A stretch of 64,000 nucleotides of DNA from contig NC_086115.1 of the NCBI RefSeq assembly GCF_963921235.1, forward strand, positions 61,196,001 through 61,260,000. Direction: 5' to 3'. How positions within the stretch are numbered: the stretch's first letter is position 1; the number at the start of each line of letters is the position of its first letter. Below, in pieces: positions 1 through 14,000 of this stretch. Made by a program: the position numbers and the translations under genes. The notes below the pieces were generated by a model. The model searched no databases. It worked only from the letters and a program-made list of their open reading frames with translations, and was not told the origin of the DNA. This DNA comes from Mobula hypostoma (Eukaryota).

Positions 1-2681
1 GAGGTGTGGCTTTATTGTTAAGAGATGATATTAAATCACTAGAAAGAGGTGATATAGGATCGGAAGGTGCAGAATCTTTATGGGTTGAGCTAAGAAATCG
101 CAGGGGTAAAAGGACCCTGATGACAGTTATTTATAGGCCTCCAAACAGCTGCAGTGATGTGGACTACAAATTACAACAGGAAATAGAAAAGGCTTGTCAG
201 AAGGGCAGTGTTCTGATAATTGTGGGGGATTTTAACATGAGAGTGGATTGGGAAAATCAGGTCAGCACTGGATCTCAAGAGAGAGAATTTGTAGAATGTC
301 TGTGAGATGGCTTTTTAGAACAGCTTGTTGTTGAGCCCACTAGGGAATTGGCTGTACTGGATTGGGTATTGTGTAATGAACCGGAGGTGATTAGAGAGAT
401 TGAGGTGAAGGAACCCTTAGGAGGTAGTGGTCATAACATGATTGAGTTCACTGTGAAATTTGAAAACGGGAAGCCGAAATCTGATGTGTCGGTATTTCAG
501 TGGAGTGAAGGAAATTACAGTGGCATGAGTGAGGAACTGGCCAAAGTTGACTGGAAAGGGACACTGGCGGGAAAGATGGCAGAGCAGCAGTGGCTGGAGT
601 TTATGCGAGAAGTGAGGAAGGTGCAAGACAGGTACATTCCAAAAAAAGAAGAAATTTTTGAATGGAAAAAGGATGCAACCGTGGTTGACAAGAGAAGTCA
701 AAGCCAATGTTAAAGCAAAGGAGAGGGCATACAAGGAAGCAAAAATTAGTGAGAAGACAGAGGATTGGGAAGTTTTTAAAAGCTTACAAAAGGAAAATAA
801 GAAGGTCATTAAGAAGGAAAAGATAACTATGAAAGGAAGCTAGCAAATAATATCAAAGAGGATACTAAAAGCTTTTTCAAGTATATAAAGAGTAAACGAC
901 AGGTGAGAATAGATATAGGACCGATAGAAAATGATGCTGGAGAAATTGTAATGGGAGTTAAGGAGATGGCGGAGGAACTGAATGAGTATTTTGCATCAGT
1001 CTTCACTGAGGAAGACATCAGCAGTATACCAGACACTCAAGGGTGGCAGGGAAGAGAGGTGTGCGCGGTCACAATTACGACAGAGAAAGTACTCAGGAAG
1101 CTGAAAAGTCTAAAGGTAGATAAAGCTCCCGGACCAGATGGAATGCACCCTCGTGTTCTGAAGGAAGTAGCTGTGGAGATTGCGGAGGAATTAGCTATGA
1201 TAAAAGTCGATAAATTCTGGCATGGTTCCGGAGGACTGGAAGATTGCAAATGTCACTCCGCTATTTAAGAAACGGGCAAGGAAGCAAAAAGGAAATTAGC
1301 TTGACATCGATGGTTTGGAAGTTGTTGGAGTCGATTGTCAAGGATGAGGTTACAGAGTACCTGGTGGCATATGACAAGATAGGCAAACTCAGCATGGATT
1401 CCTTAAAGGAAAATCATGCCTGACAAACCTATTACAATTTTTTGAGGAAATTTCCAGTAGGCGAGACAAGGGAGATACAGTGGATGTTGTATATTTGGAT
1501 TTTCAGAAGGCCTTTGACAAGGTGCCACACATGAGGCTACTTAACAAGATAAGAGCCCATGGAATTACAGGAAAGTTACATACGTGGATAGGGCGTTGGC
1601 TGATTGGCAGGAACCAGAGAGTGGGAATAAAGGGATCCTATTCTGGTTGGCTGCCGGTTACCAGTGGTGTTCCACAGGAGTCCGTGTTGAGGCCACTTCT
1701 TTTTACATTGTACATCAACGATTTGGATTATGGAATAGATGGCTTTGTGGCTAAGTTTGCTGACGATACGAAGACAGGTGGAGGGACTGGTAGTGCTGAG
1801 GAAACGGAGAGTCTGCAGAGAGACTTGGATAGATTGGAAGAATGGGCAAAGAAGTGGCAAATGAAATACAGTGTTGGAAAGTGTATGGTTATGCACTTTG
1901 GCAGAAGAAATAAACGGGCAGACTATTATTTAAATGGGGAAAGAATTCAAAGTTCAGAGATGCAACGGGACTTGGGAGTCCTCGTACAGGATACCTTTAA
2001 TGTTAACCTCCAGGTTGAGTAGGTGGTGAAGAAGGCAATGTTGGCATTCATTTCTAGAGGAGCAGAGTATAGGAGCAGGGATGTGATGTTGAGGCTGTAT
2101 AAGGCGCTGGTGAGACCTCACTTGGAGTACTGTGGGCAGTTTTGGTCTTATTTAAGAAAGGATGTGCTGAAATTAGAGAAGGTACAGAGAAGATTCACTG
2201 GAATGATTCCGAGAATGAGAGGGTTAACATATGAGGAATGTTTGTCCACTCTTGGATTGTATTCCTTGGAATTTAGAAGAAAGAGGGGAGACCTCATAGA
2301 AACATTTCGAATGTTGAAAGGCTTGGACAGAGTGGATGTGGCAAAGTTGTTTCCCATGATGGGGGAGTCTAGTACAAGAGGGCATGACTTAAGGATTGAA
2401 GGGTACACATTCAGAACAGAAATGCGAAGAAATTTTTTTAGTCAGAGGGTGGCGAATCTATGGAATTTGTTGCCACGGGCAGCAGTGGAGGCCAAGTGAT
2501 TGGGTGTATTTAAGGCAGAGATTGATAGGTATCTGAGTAGCCAGGGCATCAAAGGTTATGGTGAGAAGGCGGGGGAGTGGGCCTAAATGGGAGAATGAAT
2601 GAGCTCATGATAAAATGGCGGGACAGACTTGATGGGCCGAATAGCCGACTTCTGCTCCTTTGTCTTATGGTCTTATGGTCT
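1..2681 (+). mobile_element. CR1 LINE subfamily A, decayed ORF2 (APE endonuclease + RT), runs off the window at the 5' end
   Basis: ORF fragments IYRPPNS/GDFN, KAPGPDGMHP, LDFQKAFDKVPH, KFADDTK, LVRPHLEYC; (TCTTATGG)n tail at about 2661-2681. Confidence 0.95.
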
Positions 2682-2942
2682 AAAAGGCAACCAAACAATT
2701 GTATGGCAAACTCAGAGTATATTCATTTCAGTCTCCACAAAACCATGGCACACAAAGTTTATTTGAAGCTGCCATGGAAAGAAGGATTTTAATGAATGTA
2801 TGAGAACAAAATTTCAAATTGCATAATAATGACGCATTTAAAGTAAGCAACCATAAAACATGCTGTAGGAAGGCTGACTGAAATGCAGGTGCATATTGTA
2901 AGTATAAATAATGAAAATGCCTGGCAGGTCTATAAGCATATT

Positions 2943-3500
2943 ATCAGAATCAGATTCAATATCACTGGCATATCTCATGAAATTTCTTGTTATATGGCAG
3001 CAGCACCATGTCATACATAATAATAAACATGTAAATTAGATTAAGTATTAAATAAGTAGTGTAAAATAGAAAAAAAATGTAGTGAGGTGGTGTTCATGGG
3101 TTCAATGTCCATTCAGAAATCGGATGGCAGAGGGGAAGAAGCTCTTTCTGAATCATTGAGTGTGTGCTTTCAGGCTCCAGTACCTCCTCCCTTATGAGAA
3201 GAGGGCATGTCCTGGGTGATGTGGTCCATCATGATGAATGCCGCTTTTTTGGAGCATTGCTTCTTGAAAATGTCTTGGATGCTGGGGAGGCTAGTGCTCA
3301 TGATGGAACTCACTGAGTTATAAATTTCTGCATCTTATTTCAGTCCTGTGCAGTCTGTGCCCTGGCCCCCTCTCCCCACCAATACCAGAAGGTGATGCAG
3401 CCAGTTAAAGTACTGTCCGTGGTATATCTGTAGGAATTTCTGGGTGTCTTTGGAGACATATCAAATCTCTTCAAATTCCTAAAAAAAATATAGCCACTCT
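2943..3500 (-). mobile_element. Rex/Babar-type LINE 3' fragment
   Basis: Colinear with the 3' end of the element at 60085-60700 (atcagaatcag tail; gttcaatgtccatt...ggatggcagaggggaagaagct). Confidence 0.8.
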
Positions 3501-3981
3501 CGTAAGCGTTAATGGTCTTGTTTCTTTAAAATGTAACAATTTAACTATTTGACTCTGCTCCCATACGCTTGGCTGACCTGTATTTGTGCACACCTTTGAC
3601 TTGTAGCTTTATTGCATTTTCTGTCTGAGCTACCAAATTCATGTGTTGATTTTATCTCGGGCTGAAATGTGTCTGCCAAGATTGTGATGGTTTATAACCG
3701 GATGGAATTGATGGTTCCCAAACAGGGAAGGTCACAAGTGGTTTAAATTTAGCAAAGGTTACAGGGAATCTCTGGAGGTGGTCAGGATGGGCTGTGAGGA
3801 ATTGTCTTGTATGAAGTTAACAACTGAATTTACAATAAGCAGCAACTAAATGGTGTTGCAAGTTTGTTTTCAGAAAAATGTATTATGAAGATTGAATTTC
3901 TTGTTCAAATTCGATTAGGTTCTAGAATTGAACAAATTGAAGCATTTCAGGAAAGAAAACTAGAAGTAGCCAGCTGTAAAT

Positions 3982-4113
3982 AAACAAGAGAAAATCTGTA
4001 GATGCTGCAAGTCCGAGCAACACATACCAAAAATGCTGGAGGAACTCAGCAGGACAAGCAACATCTATGGTAAAGGGTACAGTCAATGTTTTGGGCTAAG
4101 ACCCTTCAGCAGT
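3982..4113 (-). mobile_element. Penelope-like terminal fragment (older copy, degenerate hammerhead)
   Basis: aaacaagagaaaatctgtagatgctg...gcaacaca...acccttcagcag resembles 48652-48787. Confidence 0.7.
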
Positions 4114-4209
4114 ACCTGCTGTATTCACTTAAACAGTACTGTATTGGTCTTCACTCTGAAGATGATACATGAACAGTTTTTGTGAAGCAGTAACATTTAC
4201 AGAATTTTT

Positions 4210-5532
4210 AATTGGAATTGGTATATTATTGTCGCATGTACTGAGGTACAGTGAAAAGATTTTCTGGGATACTGTTCATGCAGAGCAAGTGCAAGGTAAA
4301 ACAGTAACAGAATGTAGAGTAAAGCGGCAGTGCAGTGCAAATAGACAGAAAGGTGCAAGAACATATTGAGATAGATGGTGAGGTTAACAGTCTATCTTAT
4401 CATACTAGGGAATGTTTCTATAGTTTTATAACAGAAAGGTGGAAGCTGTCTTGATGACACAAAGGTTGGGGGTGTTGTGGATAGTGTGGAGGGCTGTCAA
4501 GAGGTTACAGCGGGACATCAATAGGATGCAAAACTGGGCTGAGAAGAGGCAGATGGAGTTCGATCCAGTTAAGTGTCAGGTGATTCATTTTGGTAGGTCA
4601 AATATGATGGCAGAATATAGTATTAATGGTAAGACTCTTGGCAGTGTGGAGGATCAGAGGGATCTTGCGGTCCGAGTCCATAGGACACTCAAAGCTGCTG
4701 CGCAGATTCACTTTGTGGGTAAGAAGGCATATGGTGCATTGGCCTTCATCAATTGTGGGATTGAGTTCAAGAGCCAAGAGGTAATGTTGCAGCTATATAG
4801 GACCCTGGTCAGACCCCAGTTGGAGTACTGTGCTCGGTTGTAGTCGCCTCACTACAGGAAGGATGTGGAAGCCATAGAAAGGGTGCAGAGGAGATTTACA
4901 AGGATATTGCCTGGATTGGGGAGCATGCCTTATGAGAATAGGTTGAGTGAACTCGACCTTTTCTCCTTCGAGTGGCAGTGGATGAGAGGTGACCTGATAG
5001 AGGTGTATAAGATGATGAGAGGCATTGATCGTGTGGATAGTCAGAGGCTTTTTGCCAGGGCTGAAGTGGCTGCCACAAGAGGGCATAGGTTTAAGGTGCT
5101 TGGAAGTAGGTACAGAGGGGATGTCTGGGGTAAGTTTTTTATGCAGTGAGTGGTGAGTGCATGGATGGGCTGCCGGCGACAGTGGTAGAGGCGTAAACGA
5201 TAGGGTCTTTTAAGAGACTCCTGGATGGGTACATGGAGTTTAGAAAAACAGAGGGCTATGGGTAACCCTAGGTAATTTCTAAAGTAAGCACAGCGCTGTG
5301 GACCGAAGGGCCTGTATTGTGCTGTAGGTTTTTCTATGTTTCTATGTCTTTGTGCTTCGTGGTATGTGCTTTCAGGCCATTGTACCTTATGCATGATGGG
5401 AGAGTTGAGAAAGAATGTCCAGGGTAGGTTGGGTCTTTGATTTTGCTGGCTGCTTTACTGAAGTAGCAAGAAGTATAGGCAGAGTCCATGGAGGAGATGC
5501 TGGTTTCTGTGATGTGCTGAGCTGTGTCCAAA
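4210..5532 (-). mobile_element. Rex/L2-type LINE 3' remnant split by the CR1 insertion at about 4453-5345
   Basis: Sequence resumes across the CR1 (ggaagctgtctt | tgtctttgtgcttcgtggtatgtgctttcagg); minus ORF 5334-5531 (SKAASKIKDPTYPGHSFS) resembles 60288-60497. Confidence 0.6.
4453..5345 (+). mobile_element. CR1 LINE subfamily B, 5'-truncated
   Basis: RT C-terminus (LQRDINRMQNWAEK, LYRTLVRPQLEYC); (TTTCTATG)n tail. Confidence 0.95.
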
Positions 5533-5959
5533 AGCAGCTCCTAAAAATTTGCTGTTTTTAAAGTCCACCTACTAAGCATTCTTTAACTATCATATGATAA
5601 TTCAAATAGCTACTTACATATATGTAACCAAGTAAGTATTAGGATTGATAATTAAATGCACAGTTGAAGAGGGAAAAATGAGGGACGGCAGAAAAATATT
5701 GCAGGATTTGGGGGTTTAAAATCCATTAAGAAAGCTAAGCACCAGCATTTACAGAATCTTAGCACTCAAGGAGGTGATTGACATAGCAAACATCAAAGGT
5801 CATAAAGAGAATTGATTTAGAGAATGAAGGTTTTTGAAAGCACTTTGAGTTCAGAAGTTAATGTGACTCAGTGATAAGTCGGTAGGACTTGTAATCGAAT
5901 GAAATGTAAGTAGCAGTATTCTAGACTAATGTCGAAACATAATTGAAAATGCTGTATGT

Positions 5960-6157
5960 TATTTATTTATTTTTATTTTTACTTAGAGATACAGAGCAGA
6001 ACAGGCCCTTCCGGTCCTTTGAGCTGTGCTGCCCGGCAACCCCCGATTTAACCCTTCCCCAATCACAGAGCAAGTTACAGTAACCAATTAACTTACTAAC
6101 TGATACTGTATGTCTTTGGACTGTGGGAAGAAACCAGAGCACTTTGAGCTGTAACAT
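5960..6157 (-). mobile_element. V-SINE (HE1-like) 3' part
   Basis: Reverse complement of the family at 8300-8565 (ggaagggcctgttc...gtatctctaa + A-rich tail; ggtttcttcccacagtccaaagacat core). Confidence 0.7.
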
Positions 6158-6979
6158 GAACCAACACTACCTGTATAACAAACATTGTCTTTTAATAACC
6201 CCTACCAAAATAAATCATCTGGCCTTTGGAAGTATTGTTACTTCACAATGAGATGCAGTCAATTGCTCCTCTGAAATGTGCAATCTTTATTCCATTATCC
6301 CATGGAAAAAAAACATAGCAAAATTAGACTGGGAAGGAGATCTGGATCAACTGGCTTTTGATTAATCCACTGAGCTGCCCAAAGGAAAAGATAAATTCCA
6401 ACCCCAGTTAATAGTTGTAGAGAGATTACGATAAGGGTTCACTGTAACTTTTAGTGTTGTCAGTAGATTGAATCCAAAAGTCAGAAGGTACTGCAGTTTA
6501 AAAACACATTCAATCCTCCGTCAGTGCACATCTTCTAGAGTTTCACCAAATGGCACATGACAATTCAACTCACTGAGATGATGGATGTGTTTATTATTTC
6601 CATTCATTTAATGTAACTTGAAGCATCATAAAGGAATATTCACATATAATTTTGACTGTAGCCTTGTCTTTGATAACTGGCTGCACATGGAAAACTTTGT
6701 CATTTAATACTTACATTATGTGAGGGAGATGTGCAGTCTATTCCTGATTTTCTTAAGTTAATAATGACGCAAATGAGTTAGTTCTGCACCTTAACGTTCC
6801 TGATTTATCTTTTTTCTGACAAAATTGCAAATTCTGTCAGAAATACATAATTAAGTAAAATTAATACCATTACATGTTTTTTTTACTGACGAAATTTGCA
6901 ATCCCTTGCTAGTTTCATTTCGACATCTTTTAGTTAATTTAAATCCTAAGCAATTTTTCCAAATAAAACTGAACATCAT

Positions 6980-7079
6980 CAGCAACACACATTAAAAATG
7001 CTGGTGAACACAGCAGGCCAGTCAGCATCTATAGGAAGAGGTACAATCGACGTTTTGGGCCGAGACCCTTTGTCAGGAC
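6980..7079 (-). mobile_element. Penelope-like terminal fragment with mutated hammerhead core
   Basis: agcaacacac...gctggtgaacacagcaggcc...tcgacgttttgggccgagaccctttgtcaggac matches 18867-18965. Confidence 0.8.
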
Positions 7080-7620
7080 GTTGGGACGATAGGGGTTTGA
7101 TGTTTTAACTGCCATGTCCGTATCCAGGTGGGCGAACTGTTAGTTTTTGTGGAGAGAGAGGTTGGGAGGATAGGGGTTTGATGTTTTAGCTGCCATGTCT
7201 GGGTGGGTGATCTGTTAGTTTTTGTGTGAGGGAGAGGTTGGGAGGTTAGGGTTTTGATGTTTCAGCTGCCGTGTCCGGGTGGGCGATCTGTTAGTTTTTG
7301 TGTGAGGGAGAGATTGGGAGGATAGGGGTTTGATGTTTTAGCTGCCATGTCCGGGTGGGCGATCTGTTAATTTTTGTGTGAGGGAGAGGTTGGGAGGTTA
7401 GGGGTTTGATGTTTCAGCTGCCGTGTCCGGGTGGGCGATCTGTTAGTTTTTGTGTGAGGGAGAGATTGGGAGGATAGGGGTTTGATGTTTTAGCTGCCAT
7501 GTCCGGGTGGGCGATCTGTTAATTTTTGTGTGAGGGAGAGGTTGGGAGGTTAGGGGTTTGATGTTTCAGCTGCCGTGTCCGGGTGGGCGATCTGTTGGTT
7601 TAAGTGTGAGGGAGACGTTG
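7080..7620. repeat. 76-bp minisatellite, about 7 units, alternating A/B variants
   Basis: Unit starts at 7080, 7161, 7237, 7313, 7389, 7465 and 7541. Confidence 0.95.
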
Positions 7621-8299
7621 AGAAGTCTGGGCTTTGTGCATTTTATTTCTTTTTCTTTTTTGTGTTGGGGGGGGACCTCAATGACTTCCATGGTTTTTCT
7701 TTATTTTATAGCAGTCTGGATAAGACAAGTCCCAGAGTTGTATTCTACTTACATTGATAATAAAATGAACCTTTGAACCCCAAGGATAGGGAGTCTTTTC
7801 AATTCTCTATTGAGAGGTCTGTATCTGCTCGGCTGCTAGGTATGTAGAAAACAGAATGATAAATTGTATTTACTGAGGAATGGGGAATATAGAATTAGTC
7901 CAGGAAAAGATGCCATGAATTAATTGCAAGACAGAGTAGGAATATGTGATGGAATGGTTTATTCCTTTATGTTGTATTATTTTGTAGATCGTATTCTTGC
8001 TACTCAATTAATTCTATAGGTACTGTCATTGCATTTCATTAACAATCTGACCTCAACTCATTGTATTACATTGAGAACTGGAGTCTTTTTCAATATTCAC
8101 ATATAACAGCTCTATCTCATAAACTATCAATCTATCAAAAGAATAAGCTGTTAATTGTAACATCTTTTCTCACCTTGTGTATCTTGAGGTCAGGGTATCT
8201 GAACCTTTTTGGATATCACTTCATAAAAGAAATAAACTTAAATTTTGAGTGGCTTCAACAATGAAACATCAAAACCAGTTTCCAGATGATAAGCTGCTT

Positions 8300-8565
8300 G
8301 ATGAGAGTACAGCTCAGTGCTTTGGAGTTTGGTGTTCAATCCCAGCATCCTCTGCAAGGGGTTTCTACATCCACCCGATGGAATGTGTGGGTTTTCTCTG
8401 GAAACTCCTGTTTCCTCCCCCATAAATGTACCAGATGGTAGGTTAATAGGTTACTGTAAATTGTTCTATGAATAGACCAGAGTTGAATCAGTGGGCTGTT
8501 GGGCGGCACTGTTCAAAGGGCTGGAAGGGCCTATTCTGTACCATATCTCCAAATAAAAAATATAA
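8300..8565 (+). mobile_element. V-SINE (HE1-like)
   Basis: B-box-like ggtgttcaatccc, V-domain-like gtgtgggttttctctgg...tttcctccc, 3' ggaagggcctattc...aaataaaaaa. Confidence 0.7.
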
Positions 8566-11099
8566 AATTAACTTAAAACTTTTTTTGAGACTTCTACGTT
8601 TGTCCCAAAATTTAAATTTGCGACAAGTTTAAATTTAAACAAAGCAAGTACCCAATGCAATTATGTCAATTGTTTCATAGTAATCACTATCCTGCATGAC
8701 TTTTTGAACCTAGCTACCGTATGTTCATTGTCAAAGAGGGAGAGGATGTGGATTCAAAATTGACATTGGCTTTCTAGTATGAATTCTTCCTGATGTAGAC
8801 TCAATAACATTTCTACAAGAAGAAAGAACGGGATTGTCCTCTGTTTGAGCTTCTCGAAACACAAGCTACACTTGACTCAGTAAATTTTTATAATTTATTG
8901 GGAGAGATCAAGATCAATATTGTAAAGTGTTCGAGACATCAGTTGAGTAAAGCACACCATTAAATAGTGCAAGTAAACATGATTTCTAACAAAGAGTATC
9001 ACCATCCAAGGTTGGTATTATATTTTGCTGGATGGGGCTAACATGGTTGAAATTGGTTAAAACGCCCCGGGTTATTTTGCTTAGCAATTTTAGCACCCTT
9101 GTGAAGGCCTGTGTAGTGATAACTTGGAAGTGAAACAAGCATAGTCAAATAACAGAGAACGAATGTGGCTATTTGGACAAAACCAATTGCCAGGACACGT
9201 CAGCAAAGCAAAAGATATTTAAAAAAACATATTAATAGAATGAAGAACAATTTTTAAAGTCAGAATTGGAGGCTGAAATGATTGGACTAGAAGTGGGTTG
9301 AGAACAGTAAAGACTGACGTCAGCAATTGTACAGGTACCCGTGATGTTGTAGAGAAGCACCAATCGTTGACCTTTTCCCAATCTGCAAGCACATTAGGAG
9401 AACAGTTATGAATTAGTGCAATGCAATACAGGATTTTTAAGAAATATAGTTAACCAAGAACTGGGATAGTAAGTATATGAGGATGAACTCTAATTTTACC
9501 ATACTGGAGAGAAATTATCTTCATTCTTTCTTATTTCTTTTCAAAATATAAATCAAAATTCTCATTTTTACTGATTTAATTGGTTACTTAGCTCTTTTTA
9601 CAGCCCAGATAAAGACTTCTTGAAGAAGAATTCTACACACTTCAAACCTAGTCACTGAGGGGGAAACAAATAAAAATCAACTCATGAGTAGAAGTTCTTT
9701 TCCAATGGCTGAACCCAGTCTCGCTGGGGAATTCCCTCTGTGACCCAGGTCACAACTGGCTGACAGTCATCAGTCACCACATTCATTTGAATGGGGACTC
9801 TCATCTTGCAGAATAAATGATCAGTTAAAGTTTATTTTAGGAAATGTTTTCAATGATTTCTAAGTGATCAGTGAGGTTTTATTTTAATTTTAAAACCTTT
9901 CCCATCTTTAAATTCTATCCATTAGTAATCAGGGATTACCAACCATTTATAAAATGGTGTTAAGCAAGGAGTCCGTGGACTCCAAGTTGAAAATCTGCAA
10001 ATTAAATCAATGTTGATGGTTTTAAAATTTTTATGAAGGTCAGAGCAATTAGATTTACTTATGGGCCTTCGTTGAACCAGATCTCTACCCCAACTTTGCA
10101 TTCTGCTCTAGCCTGTCAAAGCTTTCACGGGGTACAATATCTCTGCCTTACTATCAGTGGTCTGTTTGTTGATATCTTACTATTTGACTCCAGGGTGTGG
10201 AGGTACGTTATCTGCATCCAGTCTAAGTGTGTATGAATGGGCAGGAAAGAGGGTGGCAACTCCCAGGGGTGGGATGGAATCAGCACAGTGCAGCCAAAAA
10301 AACTGGGAGCACATAAAACATAATATATTAATTTACTATTTACAGTGGTGACAGCAGAAAAGACAGTTGGTCCCAGTTATGTTTCGTGATATTGTTATTG
10401 CACACATTAGTAGTCTTTCAGAGAATTTTCTTGATTTCTGCTCTAACAAAAGCATTAATTCAATTAAAGCAGCAGACAGAACATGCTGACAAACATATTC
10501 ATTGCTGATTTCAACTCTACCAGTAAATAACCACAGTTCTTTTAAATTAGTTCAGAAGCTTACAAGTTCATTAAGTCAGCATGCTGACTGGAGGTTGATG
10601 TGATTGGATGAGTCGGCAGAGATTGGATATCCAGAGCAAATTTACATATTTAGTGAAACCAAACTGATTTTTTTTCCAGAAATGAGACAGACTTTGGCAT
10701 TGAGACAGTGATATTCCCAGTGCACTGTAGAAAAGGAACTTTGCAAAGAGAGGGACCGTGGAAACCCCTTTACAACTTGGTTTCAAAGTTGTTCACTCTG
10801 AAATACTGAATTTAAAATGGTGGACATAGATAAGAAATTGTCAAAAAGCTAGAAATGTATTAGGCAAGTAGTGGGGTATTTATAAAAATACTGAGCAGGA
10901 TACCCAAGAAACTGCTGTTATCAATTTATAATACCAAAGAGAGTTCACGTAGTTGGAAAATTACCTACATTCATGCAAATTATCAACAAGCGATAAGGAG
11001 TGTAAAGTGGTTAAGTGTTAGGAAGCAGCTATTACTCTAAACAATGGATGAAAATAGTTAACATTTCATTCTTAATGAAGTATAAAAATATAGTATTGT

Positions 11100-14000
11100 G
11101 CAAGAGTCTGTCAGATTTCAATTGGATTGAAGTCTAGACCCTGACGTGATCACTCCAGGATATTAACTTTAATAAGTTAAAGATTTTTTAAGCATTTAAA
11201 AATGTTTTTAAGCCATTCCTGTGTAGCTTTGGCTTTATGCTTGGTGTCATTTTATTGCTGGAAAACAATCTTCTCCCAAGTCGCAGTGCTCTTGCAGACT
11301 GCATCAGGTTTTCCTCCAGGATTTCCCTTTATCTTGCAGCATTCATTTTACCCTCTACCTTCACAAACTGTCCAGAGCCTGCTGCAGTGAAACACCCCAC
11401 AGTATGATGCAGCCACCACCATGCTTCACAGTAGAGATGGTGTGTTTTTGATGATGTACGGTGCTAGGCTTTTACTAAACGTAGCATTTAGTCTGATGGC
11501 TAAAAAGTTCAATATTGGTTTCATCAAACAATAGGACCTTCTTCCAGCTGACTTCAGTCTCCCACATGCCTCTGGCAAACTCTAGCCAAGATTTAATATG
11601 AGTTTTTTTCAACAGTGGCTTTCTCTTTGCCACTCTCCCATAAAGCTGTGACTGGTGAAACATCCGGGCAACGGTTGTTGTTTACGCATTCTCTCGTACC
11701 TCAGTCACTGAAGCTTGTAGCTCCTCCAGAGTTGTTATAGGTCTCTTGGTGACCTTCCTCACTCGACCCCTTCTTTCACAGTCACTCAGTTTTTGAGGAC
11801 GGTCTGCTCTAGGCAGATTTACAGCTCTGTCATATTCATTTCTTGGTGATTAACCAAACTGTACTCTAAGGGATATCAAGTGACTTTTAAATTTTCTTGT
11901 ATCCATCTCCTGACTTGTGCTTTTCATAAACTATTTCATGGAGTTGCTTGGAGTATTCTTTTGTCTTTGTGGTGTAATTTTTACCAGGATAGTGACTCAC
12001 CAGCAATTGGACCTTTTTCTTCTTTCTCTGACTTTTAATGTAGGTTGGCAGTCTAACTTAAAGGTGCATTACCACCACCAACTGGACTGGAGTGTGGTGT
12101 AGAGTTGGGAAATAAAACCCCTACTAGTTCTTTATCAAATGAAAACTTGATTACCCCAAAGAGCCCTATAGATTGTAAATAATGAAAGATAATATTATGA
12201 ATTAAATTAAAATCACTTTCATAACTTAGTATAGTTTTTAAATGAAAACTGTCAACCCCCAAAGCTAGTAGTTCAGCCTACACTTGCTTTCTTTCAACCT
12301 TATATGCTTCACATTGTAAAACAATGTGTTCAACTGTTTCAAAATGATGACACCAACACACCCCAGAGTGATGTTTTCCAACAAGATATAAGGAACAATT
12401 AAGTATAGTATAACCAATTCTAAGTCGAGTCAATATAATTCCTTCCCTCCTTGTCTTACCCCCTTCTTCCATCAATCTAACAGTTTTATGTATTCTGTAA
12501 TGGGGTCTCCCCTAATGCCCATTAGCCCACAGGTCTTGCCATAATCCCCTAATTCTCAGCCCCACCAACCCCTTAGCTTCTGATTTGTTTATATCCACAG
12601 TTGAACTTTTAACAGCTGTTTTAGCCAGACAATCAACCTTCTCATTCCCCTCAACACCGCTTCATACAGGGACCTGTAAGAAGTAGACATGAAGACTAAT
12701 ACTTTGAATAAAGTTTGAAGAGCTTCCAGCAGTAAGTCTGATCTACTGCTAGTATGACTAGTCAGAACTGAGAAAGAATCTGAACAAATTATCACTTCAC
12801 AAGGACAGATTTTCTCCAGCCACTGTAAGCCCAAAATGATGGCAACCAGCTCTGCAGTATATCAGTATATACTGATAGTTAGTAAGATGTTTCTTTATTG
12901 TTACCTGTAATTCACGTACAAAAACAGCCACACCGATATTTCCCGTTAAATTATCTCTTGATCCATCAGTAAAAATGGTTAACATATCACAATAATTTTC
13001 CTTAACATATTGATGAACCAGCAGACTTTCAGGCATATCAGGATCCTTGGATTTCATTAAATCATGCAATCTAAAATCAACAAAGTCTTTGGAAAAACAC
13101 CATGGTGGGGTTATTGAAAAAGCTACAGTAGGACATAGTGCGTAATCCAGCAAACCCATATTCCTAGCGTGATAAGCACCCAGCCACTCAAAACTAAAAG
13201 ATTTTCTTGTGATGTTCCCAACAGTCTTCCAACACACTTATAACAGTGTGATCATTCCTGTGCCCCCTCAAATTAATCCAGTATGTTAACGCCCAATTCA
13301 TCCTCTGCAATTGTAAGGATAATTGTCTTATTTCAACCAGTAAAGCTGAAACAGGGGACGACCTTAGAGGACCACTACAGTCTTAAAGCATGTGCTTGTC
13401 TCACATCCAACATGTTAAATTTGAAGACAAAGCTGATCCATAAGCCACACTGCCACAATCAAATACAGGTCTAATTAAACAAATATAAATGGTGAACAGA
13501 GATTTTTGTGTAGTACGCCAAGAATACCCACATAGATACCTAAGGATATTTAATGCCCCTTTACATCTGTCAATTATCTTACCAATATGGTGCTTCCATG
13601 TCAACTTATTATCCAGCCACATGCTGAGAAATCTTACCACTGACACTTCTTCAAGAGTTTCACTATTTAATTTCAAATTAAGTAGAGGTCTATTGATCCT
13701 CTTTGTAAAGCATATGACTTCTGTTTTTGGTTCTGAAAGCTTAAAACCCCAGCTATTTGCCCACTGTTCAACCTTATGAATCGCTAATTGCATTCTGTAT
13801 ACAATTGAAGTTTCTACCTCTGATCTATAAAGCTCCACTATCTGCAAAAAGTGATTTACCCACCCCAGTACCTATCTCAGAGAAAATATCATTAATCAAA
13901 ATATTAAATAATAAAGGGCTACAAATACTGCCTTGTGGAGTCCCACTCTCTATCTCATAGAAGCCCGAATATACCTTACCTGCATAGACCGTCCAAGTTA

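Noticed and set aside
417..2408. Minus-strand ORFs overlapping CR1 (and similar shadows elsewhere)
   Set aside because: Antisense shadows of LINE coding sequence with no independent support.
7080..7620. Regular repeat array as a CRISPR
   Set aside because: Units are contiguous with no unique spacers, no cas genes are present, and the context is eukaryotic.
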